A DNA stretch of 64,000 nt from an uncultured Methanosarcinaceae archaeon (GTDB lineage Archaea; Halobacteriota; Methanosarcinia; Methanosarcinales; Methanosarcinaceae). Shown in pieces: positions 24,147-35,188 of this stretch; the stretch's first letter is position 1; each line of letters begins with the position of its first letter. The stretch lies in contig CAVSHT010000003.1 in the NCBI GenBank assembly GCA_963727895.1, forward strand, positions 1-64,000. The letters run 5' to 3'. A program made the translations under genes and the position numbers. Below the pieces are notes generated by a model. The model was not told where the DNA came from. It ran no database searches and was given only the letters and a program-made list of their open reading frames with translations.

Positions 24147-24478
24147 GGTTCCGTTGCAAAAAATATGGCTTTTCACAAAATCAGTAAAAACCATCACAAT
24201 TAGGTATCCTCTTCAAATTGTATGGGTAAAAGTAAATTTCATGTATTTGCTGAAAATTTAAAAATTTAACCAAGTATAAGAAACAACCTCAAACAATGCA
24301 TTCAATTTTACAACTGTATGATAAAATTATTGCACATTTTTAGAGTTAGAAAATTCTCCATTGAATTTGAAGAGTATATACAATTAGGAAATTTATATGC
24401 CATAAACATATCAATAATGATACAAAAAGCAATCGTTATAGCCTCAAAAGGCAGTAAAATTATTTTTGCAATGGAACC
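24147..24478. mobile_element. IS6-ended MITE with a nested GTATCCTC MITE (24204-24379)
   Basis: Outer IS6 IRs; inner element flanked by the 8-bp direct repeat ACAATTAG. Confidence 0.85.
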
Positions 24479-24573
24479 AATTTGTGAGTCTTTGCTCTTT
24501 TATAATTACATTTCACGAGAGAACTTCAAAATCCAGAACTCTGCCCCCTATGATTTCATATCTACTTTCCTGA

Positions 24574-26347
24574 TCAATCAGTATCCCGGAATTTTTCTAC
24601 AACTTGTTTGTTGTACGCATTCACGATGTCACTTTGAGTAATGAGTCCAAGGAGTTTCGTTTTATCTTTTATATCGACAACAGGAAGCCTGCCTATTTGC
24701 TTTGATGCCAGGCGTTTGAGGGCAGTATCAAGAGTTTCATCAGGGTAGGCAACTTCCACGTCTCTGGTAGCAACGTCCCATATTTTTTTGCCAATTTCTC
24801 CAGACTTTACTTTGTTCCGGAGGTCTGAGAGTGTTACTATCCCAGAAAGGTTACCTTTAGAATCAACGACAGGAAAACCAACGTGGCGACTTACATTCAT
24901 GAGGGTCTCAAGGGTTTCAACGCTCTTTTCCTCGAAAACGGTCTGGACATTTGTGACCATTGCATTTTTTACAAGAATAGAGGTCATGATATCTACTTCT
25001 TTTCCTTCCCGGATCTTAATCCCCTTCCTGCGGAGTCCTTCCGTAAAAATTGATTCTGGGTACAGGGTATTTGACATTACATTACTGAGGACACAAGCAA
25101 ACATGAGGGGAAGGATTAAGTTATAATCCCTAGTAAGCTCAAAAAGAATCAGAATAGCAGTAAGAGGAGCTCCTGCAGTCCCAGCAAATACTGCACCCAT
25201 ACCCCACAAGGGCATAAGCTCCCGGCCCTGCGGTCATCCCTGGGTATAATATGTTTACAACTGTCCCAAAAGCTCCCCCAAGCATTGTCCCCGTAAAGAG
25301 GGAGGGAATTATCGTTCCACCAAAGCCTCCAGAACCAAGGCTCAGAGAAAAGGTGAGAATTTTAAGGAAAAGCAGTATTAACAAGAGCTTAAAGGTAAAC
25401 TGATTGTTCAGAGCATCCGTAATTACACCATAACCCATCCCAAAGAGTCCGAGGATAAAAAACCCAATGATACCCACTGCAAGTCCTCCTAAAGCAGGTT
25501 TGAAGATCGAATGGATAGATATTTTCGAAAAGATATCTTTTGTGTAGTAAAGTGTTCGGATCAGTATAGTTGAAACTATGCCCGCAAGGAGCCTAAGTAC
25601 AAGATAAAACCCCAATTCTTTGTATGGACTGACAAGTGAGTAAGAAGGAATATGGAGAGTTTCTATTCCAATAATCGAATTTGATACAAGTGTTGCGAAG
25701 ACGGAAGAAATCACTATTGGAATAAAGGTACTTGTCTCAAGCTCCCCATAAATCACTTCTACTACAAAAACCACACCAGCAAGCGGGGCGCTAAATACTG
25801 CTGCGATACCTCCAGCAGCCCCGCAGCCGAGAAGAATCCGGAGTCGTTTTTCCGAACTCTTCATGATTCGCCCCACGAAAGCTCCTGTTCCAGCTCCAGC
25901 CAGGATCGCAGGTGCCTCTTTTCCCAATGAACCTCCTGAACTGATCGTAATGATTGATGCAAAAACCTCAAGAAAAGAATCAGTAAGATTAAGCCTTGCT
26001 CCCCGGATGGCAACCGTTTCAACAAGCCCATCAACCCCGTAGGGCTTTTTTATCATAAAATATGAAATCATCCCAACTATTAGCCCTCCAAGAGCAGGCA
26101 TGAATACAATGTAGTAGGATGGAAACTCGTGTACTGAGAATCCACGTTGCATTCCGAAAAGAGCACTGACGTACAAAAGGGCACGATCATATATGCCAAT
26201 TACCAGTCCTGTAAGAAGACCAATTAGAATAGCAATTGAATTAATCTTTGCTGATTCAATATCAAATCTTCGATTGATGTATGTTTTTAGACGTGAAGAT
26301 TTCCATATGCTATGGAATTTAGACTTATACTTTGTATTAACTTCCAA
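24574..26347 (-). pseudogene. ClC chloride channel with CBS pair, frameshifted near 25205
   Basis: GGSLGKEAP, GAAGGIAAVFSAPL, GSGGFGG, APLTAILILFELT; C-terminal CBS domains. Confidence 0.9.
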
Positions 26348-26588
26348 TGCTCGTATCTCTTGAAGACTTGTGATATTCCAAATATTTAATAAAATAAATC
26401 AAGTAGCAAATATTCTACTTTTCGAATAACTTCATTATTTTTAATCCTATGGGTCTGTAATCCATAAATCACCAATTTGTCTATTTTTATTTAATCGGCT
26501 TTTCAGTCCAGATATATATCCAGGGTAGGAGTTACGCAGTTGACTCTTAGCACATCGTTTTTGGCAACTTAACAAATATGCAAAATAA

Positions 26589-27328
26589 GGCTTTGATAAT
26601 TAACTATAGTTATTTATTATAAGAACCTCTATTTCTTCATGAATTGCCCCAGATGCAATAGTTCTAATCACAATAAGAATGGTATAGTTGGCGGGCGTCA
26701 ACGGTACAAATGCCATGATTGTGGATATAACTATACAGTAGAGTTAAAATCAACTGCTTTTTCTGCTTCTGTAAAAAGACAGGCTTTACAACTTTACCTT
26801 GAATGGTTGGGTTTTCGCTCAATAGGAAGAGTTTTAGGGGTAAGTCATGTTTCTGTCCAAAAATGGATACAGAAATTTGGTCAGGAGTTATAGGACCTAA
26901 AAAGTGAAAGTGAGATATCTATTGTTGAAATGGATGAAATGTACACTTACATCGGTAACAAAAAAAATATTGCTGGATCTGGATTGCTGTTGATAGAGTT
27001 GGGAAAAAGTTCATCAACTGCTCTTTTGGCAGCAGAGGAACAGAAACTGGACAACTACTCTGGGAAAAATTGAAGAAAAAAGAGATTGGAGAAGTGATGA
27101 CAGATCACTGGAGGGCATATGCAGAGTTTCTTCCAGAAAAGAGTCGTACTCAATCAAAAGCAGAAACATTTACAGTTGAGGGATATAACAGCATATTGAG
27201 GCATTTTCTAGCAAGATTAAGAAGAAAGACAAAGTGCTATACGAAGAGTCTTGAAATGCTAAAGTACTCGGTTCTTCTATTGATGAAATACAGAAATAAA
27301 GAACTAGATATATTTAGATAACAATGCC
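26589..27328 (+). mobile_element. IS1-family element, second copy with an in-frame TAG
   Basis: Near-identical to 7205-7944; TAG at 26891-26893 where copy 1 has GAG; no matching TSD. Confidence 0.9.
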
Positions 27329-27357
27329 ACATATCTTTTTTAGGATCAGACATTATA

Positions 27358-27869
27358 GTTCCGTTGCAAAAATCTCAGAATAAAAATATAAATTTATTAC
27401 AAAATATAAATTTATTACAGGATATGTGTGATATCATAATTCCATGTTCAGTATATCTATAACTGGATCTTCTAGTTCTTCAAGTTCTCTTTGAATATCT
27501 GCAGTAGTTATTTTCGAATATCCCATATATTTTAAAAAGCATCAATAAATTATAAATGTTGCTTTTTTACAAAATATCTGCTTCAAAACCCGAGATTTTA
27601 CTGAAAATTGTGAGAAAAAGGCAACAAATTGTCTAAATGTTGACTATGTTTTGGGAGATCTGCATAAACTTGATTATTGGGGCCAAAACGAATACGGTTA
27701 AAAAGAAACAAGTCAAAAATCTAAATTACTCTGGTCTTAATGAAGCTAAATATATTAATCAATTATTTGGAATAGTTCTATAATAGTAATACATCTTTTA
27801 GAATATTTTAACTTTTGTTTATAATCCATAGATTTACAGGCTTATTCTAAGATTTTTTGCAACGGAACC
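27358..27869. mobile_element. About 510 bp IS6-ended non-autonomous element carrying a micro-ORF
   Basis: IS6 IRs at both ends; non-transposase interior shared with 59043-59320. Confidence 0.8.
27434..27526 (-). CDS. Putative 30 aa acidic micro-protein MGYSKITTADIQRELEELEDPVIDILNMEL
   Basis: The second copy differs by synonymous changes and an in-frame 9-nt indel; TTTATAAT box ends about 22 nt upstream of the ATG. Confidence 0.55.
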   Translation of the reverse strand: MGYSKITTADIQRELEELEDPVIDILNMEL

Positions 27870-28004
27870 CTTGAACCCACACTTTCCGCAAGAGCCATTG
27901 CCGAAAGACTTAATATAGGAAAAGATACGGCGCTAAAAGCTAAAAAATATATTAGAGATTCAAGAGCCTCCAGGTATCAAGAAAAAACGCCTGGATTAAT
28001 ATAA
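27870..28004 (+). pseudogene. C-terminal helix-turn-helix fragment, truncated by an IS6 end
   Basis: LSARAIAERLNIGKDTALKA; repeated at 55870-56004. Confidence 0.7.
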
Positions 28005-28210
28005 ACTACTTTCTTCAAACTTTTTACTTTTCGTTCTTTTTCCAGAAATACACTTCTTTTTCGCAGACAGTTTTTAGATTGTTATGGCTGTATAAACAAT
28101 ATGCGTCTACTTATTATATACATTTATACTTATTATCTCATTTTAGTGTCTGCTCTGCCAAAATCAGCATCAGTAGAAAAACATGTCTTGTTATCTATTA
28201 TTAGCTAGAA

Positions 28211-28615
28211 ATGTGTCTGAGAGGACCAGACAGACAGACAAAATTTGTCCTTTTTAGAGTAAAACAAAAACTTGTAAAGAGAACAATTGATAAGTTACCG
28301 GCTACATTTTCCTATCTCTTCAAGGCTTTTCTAGAAAGCAAGAAACCACCAGCACGTAATACTTGGTTTGAGGACCTTGAAAAATGGAGCTACAAAGCCG
28401 GTATTATTCCAAAGGTCAATCCAAAAACTCTTAGGGAGACTATTGAAAGTTGGATGCTGAAATCAGGGATACCAGAGATTGAAATATACAGCAGGCAAGG
28501 ACATGATCATATTACCAGTCTTAGACATTACCAGAGCCTTTCTTTTACAGATTACGAAATGAGAGACATAGAAAAGAGGCTCATAGAATGGGGAATTCTT
28601 ATAAGAAGACTTTGA
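28211..28615 (+). pseudogene. Tyrosine recombinase/integrase, C-terminal fragment
   Basis: PKTLR..ESW...RQGH...SLRHY catalytic-type motifs; N-terminal half absent. Confidence 0.75.
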
Positions 28616-28699
28616 ACAAATATACAAAGTTTTCTGCCCTTATATACTTGACAATTTCAAGATATTCATGTGGATTTATTAAACTTTTAAAAGGAGGCG

Positions 28700-29050
28700 T
28701 TATTCAAAGTTTTGTTCTTCCATTATTTTTTCAATATCCCTTTTTAGTTCAGGTAATCTTTCAGTTGCAGTATTCCAAATAATATTCAAATTTACACCAA
28801 AATAAGCGTGGATTATAACATCCCTTATTCCAGCCATTTTCTTCCAAGGGACAAATGGATATTCATTTCTCATCTCTTCAGGAATATGCTTTGTTGCTTC
28901 TCCAATAATTTCAAGTGCATGATTCACAGCGAAAACTGTTTTTTCGTCGGAAGCAAATTGATCAAAGTTCATTCCTTCAATAAAACTTTCGCAACTTTCT
29001 ATTGTCTCTAAGATATCCTGTAGATAATCTCCTACATCACGCTTGGTCAT
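28700..29050 (-). CDS. HepT-like (DUF86) HEPN ribonuclease toxin
   Basis: LEIIGEA...PWKKMAGIRDVIIHAY (R-x4-H motif). Confidence 0.92.
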   Translation of the reverse strand: MTKRDVGDYLQDILETIESCESFIEGMNFDQFASDEKTVFAVNHALEIIGEATKHIPEEMRNEYPFVPWKKMAGIRDVIIHAYFGVNLNIIWNTATERLPELKRDIEKIMEEQNFE

Positions 29051-29379
29051 ATTTGTATGACCTCTTCAAGAATTCTTTTTCCAATCTTTGGTTTTAATGC
29101 ATTTTTCATGACAAGGTCTACTTCTACACCAAGTATTTCTGAAAGCTCCTGCTTAAGCCCTATAAACTCTAAAAGATCAGGTTCTTTGGAAAACTCTACA
29201 AGAATATCAAGATCACTATTCTCTTTCTGTTCCCCACGAATGTAAGAACCGAAAATACCTAGATAACTAATATTATACTCTTGTGTAAGTCTGGAAAGAT
29301 TTTGCTTTATAAGTTTTGAATAATGTGCTGCATTCTTTGCTTTTTTCTTGCTTGATTTAATGTTTGTATTTATTGTCAT
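29047..29379 (-). CDS. MNT-family nucleotidyltransferase antitoxin
   Basis: GIFGSYIRGEQ..SDLDILVEF, VDLV; overlaps the HEPN gene start. Confidence 0.92.
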   Translation of the reverse strand: MTINTNIKSSKKKAKNAAHYSKLIKQNLSRLTQEYNISYLGIFGSYIRGEQKENSDLDILVEFSKEPDLLEFIGLKQELSEILGVEVDLVMKNALKPKIGKRILEEVIQI

Positions 29380-29803
29380 GTGGTTTCAGGGTCCTGAATT
29401 TGAGTTATTATTCATAAAATTGATTTTATGATATATTTTTGTGTTCTATATCTTCTTTAGTAATCTGGATTCTTATAAAGTTCGCTAATCCTACCTCATG
29501 ATCATTGCAATGATGCAGATCTGAAAGCTGAATGGACTTTCCTCCTATCCTAAATACGTGATCTTGTGATCCAAGGGTATAACATACTGCAGATACAAGC
29601 TTTTCTATTGGAGCGTTTGTAAGTTCAAGTTTGGATCCTGGATAAAGTTTCCTGTAATTTCTGTAATAATAAAATGGAATTATTATCATAGTTATCTTCA
29701 CGTTTTGTAAAATGCATTCCTTTATAACTAACTTTCTTTTATCAGTACTGTATAGTCTTTGGAGATTAGCTCCTTAAACAATTTCATAGTTTACTAACTA
29801 TAG

Positions 29804-30816
29804 TCACCACTTTAAATAATGCGACATTTTATGTTTAAATGTATGTTTCTCCCAAAATTCATTCATTTCTTCCTTTAATGCTTCAATATTTTTAAATGAT
29901 TTTATTGACGTTAAGTTTTCTCTTGTCACTTTCCAACAGTATTCTGTTGGGTTTCTATCTGGAGTAGCTGGAGGGAAAAATATTATTTTCAACCAATGCT
30001 TATTATTTTGATAAAATTCCTTTGCCTTTGCTGATCTATGCTATGTAGCTCTGTTTAGTAAAAGAAATATCCTTGCCCCTATATCTCTTTGAAACTTGAT
30101 TAATGATTTTAAGTAAGAGTCTGTATTCTGTGTAATTCCTAAATCATACCAATAAAACTCTCCATTTTCAATGTAGAATCCTCCAATATTGATTTTTTCT
30201 TTTGAACCACTTGTAAATTTAATAGGTTTTGAGCCCTTTATTGCCCAACATCTTGATCTATTTGAATCCACACAAAAATTACTTTCATCATGGGTAACGA
30301 ATAAATGATTAGGGTTTAGTAATCTGTTTTTTGGACTTCTCTTATGAATTATTTTTTAAGCACCTCATTTCTTCTTTTAGATTGAGGTCGACATGTGATT
30401 TTTCTCAACCCTAAATTTTTTAAAATTTGTCTCATTCTTGATTTGGAATCAGATACTCCAAATTTTTCCTTGACAAATTGAACTGCATCTTTTGTTTGCC
30501 AACCACGAGAATAAACATCATCTGTTGGTATAGGTTCTAAAAATGCCTCTCTTAACTCAGATAATTGTTCTGCAATTAAAAAAGACTTGATTCCTCGACC
30601 AGGTTTACATTTAAGGCTAAACAAACCGTCGGTTTCAGCTTGTTTTATCCAGCGATGAACAGTTGAACGGTGAACTGAAAAATCGTCGGCAGCTTTAGCG
30701 GGACTCAAACCATTTTTGACCAATAATAAGGCTTGAAGTTTAATCTACTCGTTTTTGTTACAGGAATTTATAATAGCTGAAGAAATATCAAAAGTTGTAA
30801 ACATTTTCAAACTCAT
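29804..30816 (-). pseudogene. IS630-family transposase, multiply disrupted
   Basis: HTH region (VHRSTVHRW..KPGRG), HDES-like acidic motif, FFPPATPDRNPTEYCW; split over several frames. Confidence 0.85.
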
Positions 30817-30914
30817 ATATAAAATTAATTTCAGGTATAATAATGTTGCATTAAATACAGAGGTGACTATATTTATTTTAACTTTTATATCATATATTGT
30901 ACCCTATTTTTCGT

Positions 30915-31175
30915 TTATGCTCATTAATTGCGTATACAAATTCAATATCATATGCTCATTTTTACTTATAGTATTGCACAAAATATGAGTATACAATGAA
31001 TATAATAATGAGCACAAAAACGTAATGAGCACTGTATGTGTAATATATGAGCATATGTGTGTTTAAAATCGAAAACTTTCTGTATATGTATGAGCATAAC
31101 TAAAACAAATGGCTGATGAAAAGAGGAGAATAAATGCGTTTGTGCCCACTGAATTGTATGAGCAAGTAATGAGTA
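30915..31175. repeat. Cluster of about 9 WATGAGYA motifs (putative operator/iterons)
   Basis: Inverted copies at about 30916 and 30951; direct copies at about 30984, 31007, 31024, 31046, 31089, 31157 and 31168. Confidence 0.6.
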
Positions 31176-31594
31176 AAGGATACGCAACAATAACCGAAGC
31201 AATAATAAAAGGTTTTGGAAAGCTTTTAGAATATAAGCAATTTATAAACACGCAAGAGGGTGTGCAAGAGTTTAATAGTGGGCTTGTGGCTACCCTTCAA
31301 GCAAGGATAGAAAGTCTAGAAGAACAATTAAAAGTTAAAGATAGTAGTTTTTATGAAAGAATAGAAGACCTTAAAGGACAGCTTAATATTAAGGATAGCC
31401 AGCAAGACGCAAGAATTAAAGATCTGTTAGATCAACTTGTGGTTAAGGATCAACAATTAGAAAAGAAAGATATTCAAATTGAGAATATAACTAACACAAT
31501 GCAATCTCAGGCAATTAATATTCATGATATGCTGAATCAGAAGTCAATAGAAGCACCTGGGGATAAAAAGAAGCCATGGTATAAATTTTGGTAA
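31109..31594 (+). CDS. RHH-like N-terminus plus coiled-coil protein ending KKKPWYKFW (plasmid-type)
   Basis: RRINAFVPTELYE beta-helix pattern; heptad region; C-terminus shared with the 48748 ORF. Confidence 0.7.
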   Translation: MADEKRRINAFVPTELYEQVMSKGYATITEAIIKGFGKLLEYKQFINTQEGVQEFNSGLVATLQARIESLEEQLKVKDSSFYERIEDLKGQLNIKDSQQDARIKDLLDQLVVKDQQLEKKDIQIENITNTMQSQAINIHDMLNQKSIEAPGDKKKPWYKFW

Positions 31595-32004
31595 TTCATA
31601 TTTCACGGTATGCTTTTTTCATGGTCACATGTTATGTTTATGTTGTTTCATTGTCACTAAATTTAATTCTCTATATATATTTATAACTAATCATATATAT
31701 AAATCTTAGCCCCCTCTTTCTAAACTTAATATTTTTTTTTTCAAAATACCGTGACCCAAATTAATACATCGAAAATTTGTAAATTTTGATTGATAGAAAA
31801 GGGTGTGCTGTAGAACAATTTGATAAATCTATACACACAATCCTATTTAAATTAACAAATTATTCATGTAGTTAATAATAATCCAATAACAGTCATTTTA
31901 TAAATTTACATAAATTAAATGTTTCTTATTAAAAGGAACAGATGGAACAGATATAACAACTGTCCCAAGTGCTCCAAAGTTAAAAACATTTACTATTTTC
32001 AATT

Positions 32005-33315
32005 TTATTTCACTGTAATAGACATTGTTTTAGTACTACTTCCAGCAGCGTTCGTTACAGTTAATTTTATAGTATATTTTCCTGCTCTAGTATACTTGTG
32101 TGTTGGACTCTTAGCTGTTGAAGTTGTTTTGTCACCGAGGTTCCAAGACCATGACGTTGGTGAACCTGTACTTTTATCTGTGAATTTCACATTTAATGGA
32201 TGTTTACCAGTAGTTGGAGATGCAGAAAATTTAGCAAACGGTGAGTAGATAAGAGTACCCATGTAAATATCGTAGTTAGTTACATCGTTTTGGTTCCCAT
32301 TACGGCTATCCCTCCAAACTATCCTGTCACCATATATTTCAGGGTCACTTTGACTTGATCCATTAGTGGTGATTTTAGTTTCAGTGGAAGTGGAAATATC
32401 GTACATTATGATATCCGTATTACCAGGATCCATGCCTCCCTCTTCCCATACGATCTTATTGCCATAGATAGCAGCTTGAGAAGCATAACCATTACCATAG
32501 GGGGAACCAATCATATTTAAGGTGGAAGTGGAAAGGTTGTACACATAGACATTGTAGTTTGTACCTGTGCTTTCTGCCATCCATACTATTTTGTCTCCAT
32601 AGATCCTGGGAAAAGACAGAACAAAACAAGCGCTGTCTCCATAATTTACCTGGCTTTCCACAGAAGTGGAAAGATTATACATATAAATCTGCACGTGTAA
32701 ATATGGGTTATATGGGTTCTCTTCCATATTCCGTTCATCGCGCCACACTATTTTGTCTTTGTATATATCAGGACCCGCTTGTGTTAAGTTATTAGTTGTT
32801 ATCTGGTACTCCTTCGAGGTGGAAATGTCGTACATGTAGATATTCCAGTTTCCAACAGGATAATTGTATTCATCAAAGCTTCCCCCATTGCGCCCATCCA
32901 TCCACACTATTCTACTATCGTAAATTTTAGGATAGAGTGCTTTTCCGCTTGTGGTGATCCGGGTTTGTTTTTTAGTAGTAAGATCTTGCAAATAGATATC
33001 ATAGCCTCCATTGCGCTCGTCTTCCCATACTACCCTGTTTCCATAGATAGCAGGCGATACCTGATTTGCCGTATTGGTAGTATGAATTTCCTGGCGAGTT
33101 GAGAGATTATATATGTAGATGTCCCAATTTCCGTTGCGGTCATCCTGCCACACTATGGTGTTACCATAGATATCAGGGTTCAGTGAATTTGATGGATTTG
33201 TTGTTATTTGCTTTTCAGTAATAGACGCTGAAGCCGTGGATGAAATCACAATTAAAAATAACATTAGTAATAATGATACTAAAGCTACTGAATGCAATTT
33301 TTTATTAATTTTCAT
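32005..33315 (-). CDS. Methanosarcina-type beta-propeller repeat surface protein with PKD domain
   Basis: Repeats of P-x-IYG-x-x-IVW-x-D-x-RNG-x-x-DIY; C-terminal PKD. Confidence 0.92.
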   Translation of the reverse strand: MKINKKLHSVALVSLLLMLFLIVISSTASASITEKQITTNPSNSLNPDIYGNTIVWQDDRNGNWDIYIYNLSTRQEIHTTNTANQVSPAIYGNRVVWEDERNGGYDIYLQDLTTKKQTRITTSGKALYPKIYDSRIVWMDGRNGGSFDEYNYPVGNWNIYMYDISTSKEYQITTNNLTQAGPDIYKDKIVWRDERNMEENPYNPYLHVQIYMYNLSTSVESQVNYGDSACFVLSFPRIYGDKIVWMAESTGTNYNVYVYNLSTSTLNMIGSPYGNGYASQAAIYGNKIVWEEGGMDPGNTDIIMYDISTSTETKITTNGSSQSDPEIYGDRIVWRDSRNGNQNDVTNYDIYMGTLIYSPFAKFSASPTTGKHPLNVKFTDKSTGSPTSWSWNLGDKTTSTAKSPTHKYTRAGKYTIKLTVTNAAGSSTKTMSITVK

Positions 33316-33808
33316 TATCCAACCTGATTATCTGTATTTATTTTCATAGAGCTAATGTTTATAATATTAAAGAGTTTAATCCTTAAACTTTTGTATTCAA
33401 AACCAAAATATTATAAAAAAGTGTAACTAAATATTATATTACAGTTTAGGTTAAAAAGAGATGTTAATTAATATTTATAAAATCTTATAATAATAGTATT
33501 AATGCTCTACAGCAGGGTTAACATAATTTCGAATAATTGTGAGATACATTGACAGATAAATTGACAAAATAATAGTTCAGATAATTTTTCCAGCAATTCA
33601 GAAACAATTGATAGAACAAGTATATTATACATTTTATAATATAAACTATATATAAATGTTATGAGTTATCCCACCTATAATTTGTTTGAAAATGATCGGT
33701 ATGCATTTACTGATAAATAATTAAAATTGACTTTATAATTTAAAATAAGAAAAGAATACAATTTAGTATAAATGATCTCGACATTTTATAATAAATATCG
33801 CTGAATGA

Positions 33809-34664
33809 GGTTCCGTTGCAAAAAATCTTAGAATAAGCCTGTAAATCTATGAATAATGAATAAAAGTTAAAATATTCAAAAAGATATGTCAATATTATAG
33901 AACTATTCCAAATAATTGATTAATATATTTAGCTTCATTAAAGCCAGAGTAATTTAAGTTCTTGATTTGTCCTTTTTTAATCATATTCATAGCTTCAATT
34001 CCTTTTAAAGTTTTAATGGCTGTATGAAAAGACTGAAATCCTAACATTGGATTAACTATTCGTTTAATGGATCTATGATCCTGTTCTATAATGTTATTCA
34101 AATATTTGATTTGTCGAATGCCTACGTTTATAGGTAGTATTTTATCATTTTTCAGTTTATCTATAGCAGGTGGATAAGCTGGATTTTTGTCAACTGTGAT
34201 TACTCTTGGAATTTGATTATGATTAGAGTTCAAAGCTTTCTTAAAAAAACGTTTTGCTGCTTTTTGGTCTCGTTTTGCACTTAACATGAAATCAATTGTA
34301 TCTCCATTTGAGTCAACTGCTCGATAAAAATATTTCCATTCACCTCTCACTTTTATATAGGTTTCATCAACTCTCCAAGAGTTATTAGTTGGTCTTAAAT
34401 ATCTACGTACCTTCTTTTCGATTTCAGGAGAGTATTGATGTACCCATCTCATTATCGTAGTGTGATCAACTTCTACTCCTCTTTCTGCCATCATTTCCTT
34501 TAAATTTCGATAACTTAATGGATATTTTAAGTACCATCTAACATTCAATAAGATAATTTCACCTACAAAGTGCTTCCATTTAAAGGAATTAGACAGCATA
34601 TCACTATCTTTGATTTCATTTTTATTTTAATTATATCCTTAGCAGATATTTTTGCAACGGAACC
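33809..34664 (-). mobile_element. IS6-family element, apparently intact (transposase 33895-34599)
   Basis: Both IRs and a 234 aa ORF. Confidence 0.95.
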
Positions 34665-34906
34665 GGTTATTCTGCCATGTAACGGCTGCCTGCAAAGGCG
34701 CCGTTTTCAGCAGTCTTAATGTGGTTAAAAGTCTTATTGATAAGACTTCTACATCAACAGGACTGAAAGTGTTTTCGACTATCAGGGATAAAGTTTATGC
34801 AACGGCAAGAAAAGTAAGTGAAAACTTCAAGGAAAATATGAAAATTGTCTTTGATGAGTATTTGGGAAAATGGAATTATAGAGCAATTCCAGAGGTAAAA
34901 ACTTGA
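34665..34906 (+). pseudogene. ISAzo13-family transposase C-terminal fragment
   Basis: RLFCHVT...TSTSTGLKV...KVY...GKWNY. Confidence 0.75.
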
Positions 34907-34926
34907 ATTTATATTTCAAGTATTCC

Positions 34927-35163
34927 TAAATATATTAATCAATTATTTGGAATAGTTCTATAATAGTAATACATCTTTTAGAATATTTTAACTTTTATTC
35001 ATTATTCATAGATTTACAGGCTTATTCTAAGATTTTTTGCAACGGAATCGATAACTTCACCAACAAAGTGCTTCCATTTAAAGAAATTAGATAGCATGTA
35101 ACTACCTTTGATTCCATTTTTATTTTAATTATATCCTTAGCAGATATTTTTTGCAACGGAACC
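34927..35163. mobile_element. IS6 end remnants
   Basis: A right end (to about 35049) followed by a left end (to 35163). Confidence 0.75.
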
Positions 35164-35188
35164 TAGAGTATGAGATTATATAATTTTC

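Noticed and set aside
24318..24641. 107 aa ORF, and similar short ORFs at 5691, 11304, 51871, 53003 and 55241
   Set aside because: They read through MITE or IS-end DNA and are not credible genes
29426..29717. 91 aa ORF upstream of the MNT gene as a third toxin-antitoxin component
   Set aside because: Appears frameshifted, has no recognisable domain and shows no evidence of functional linkage
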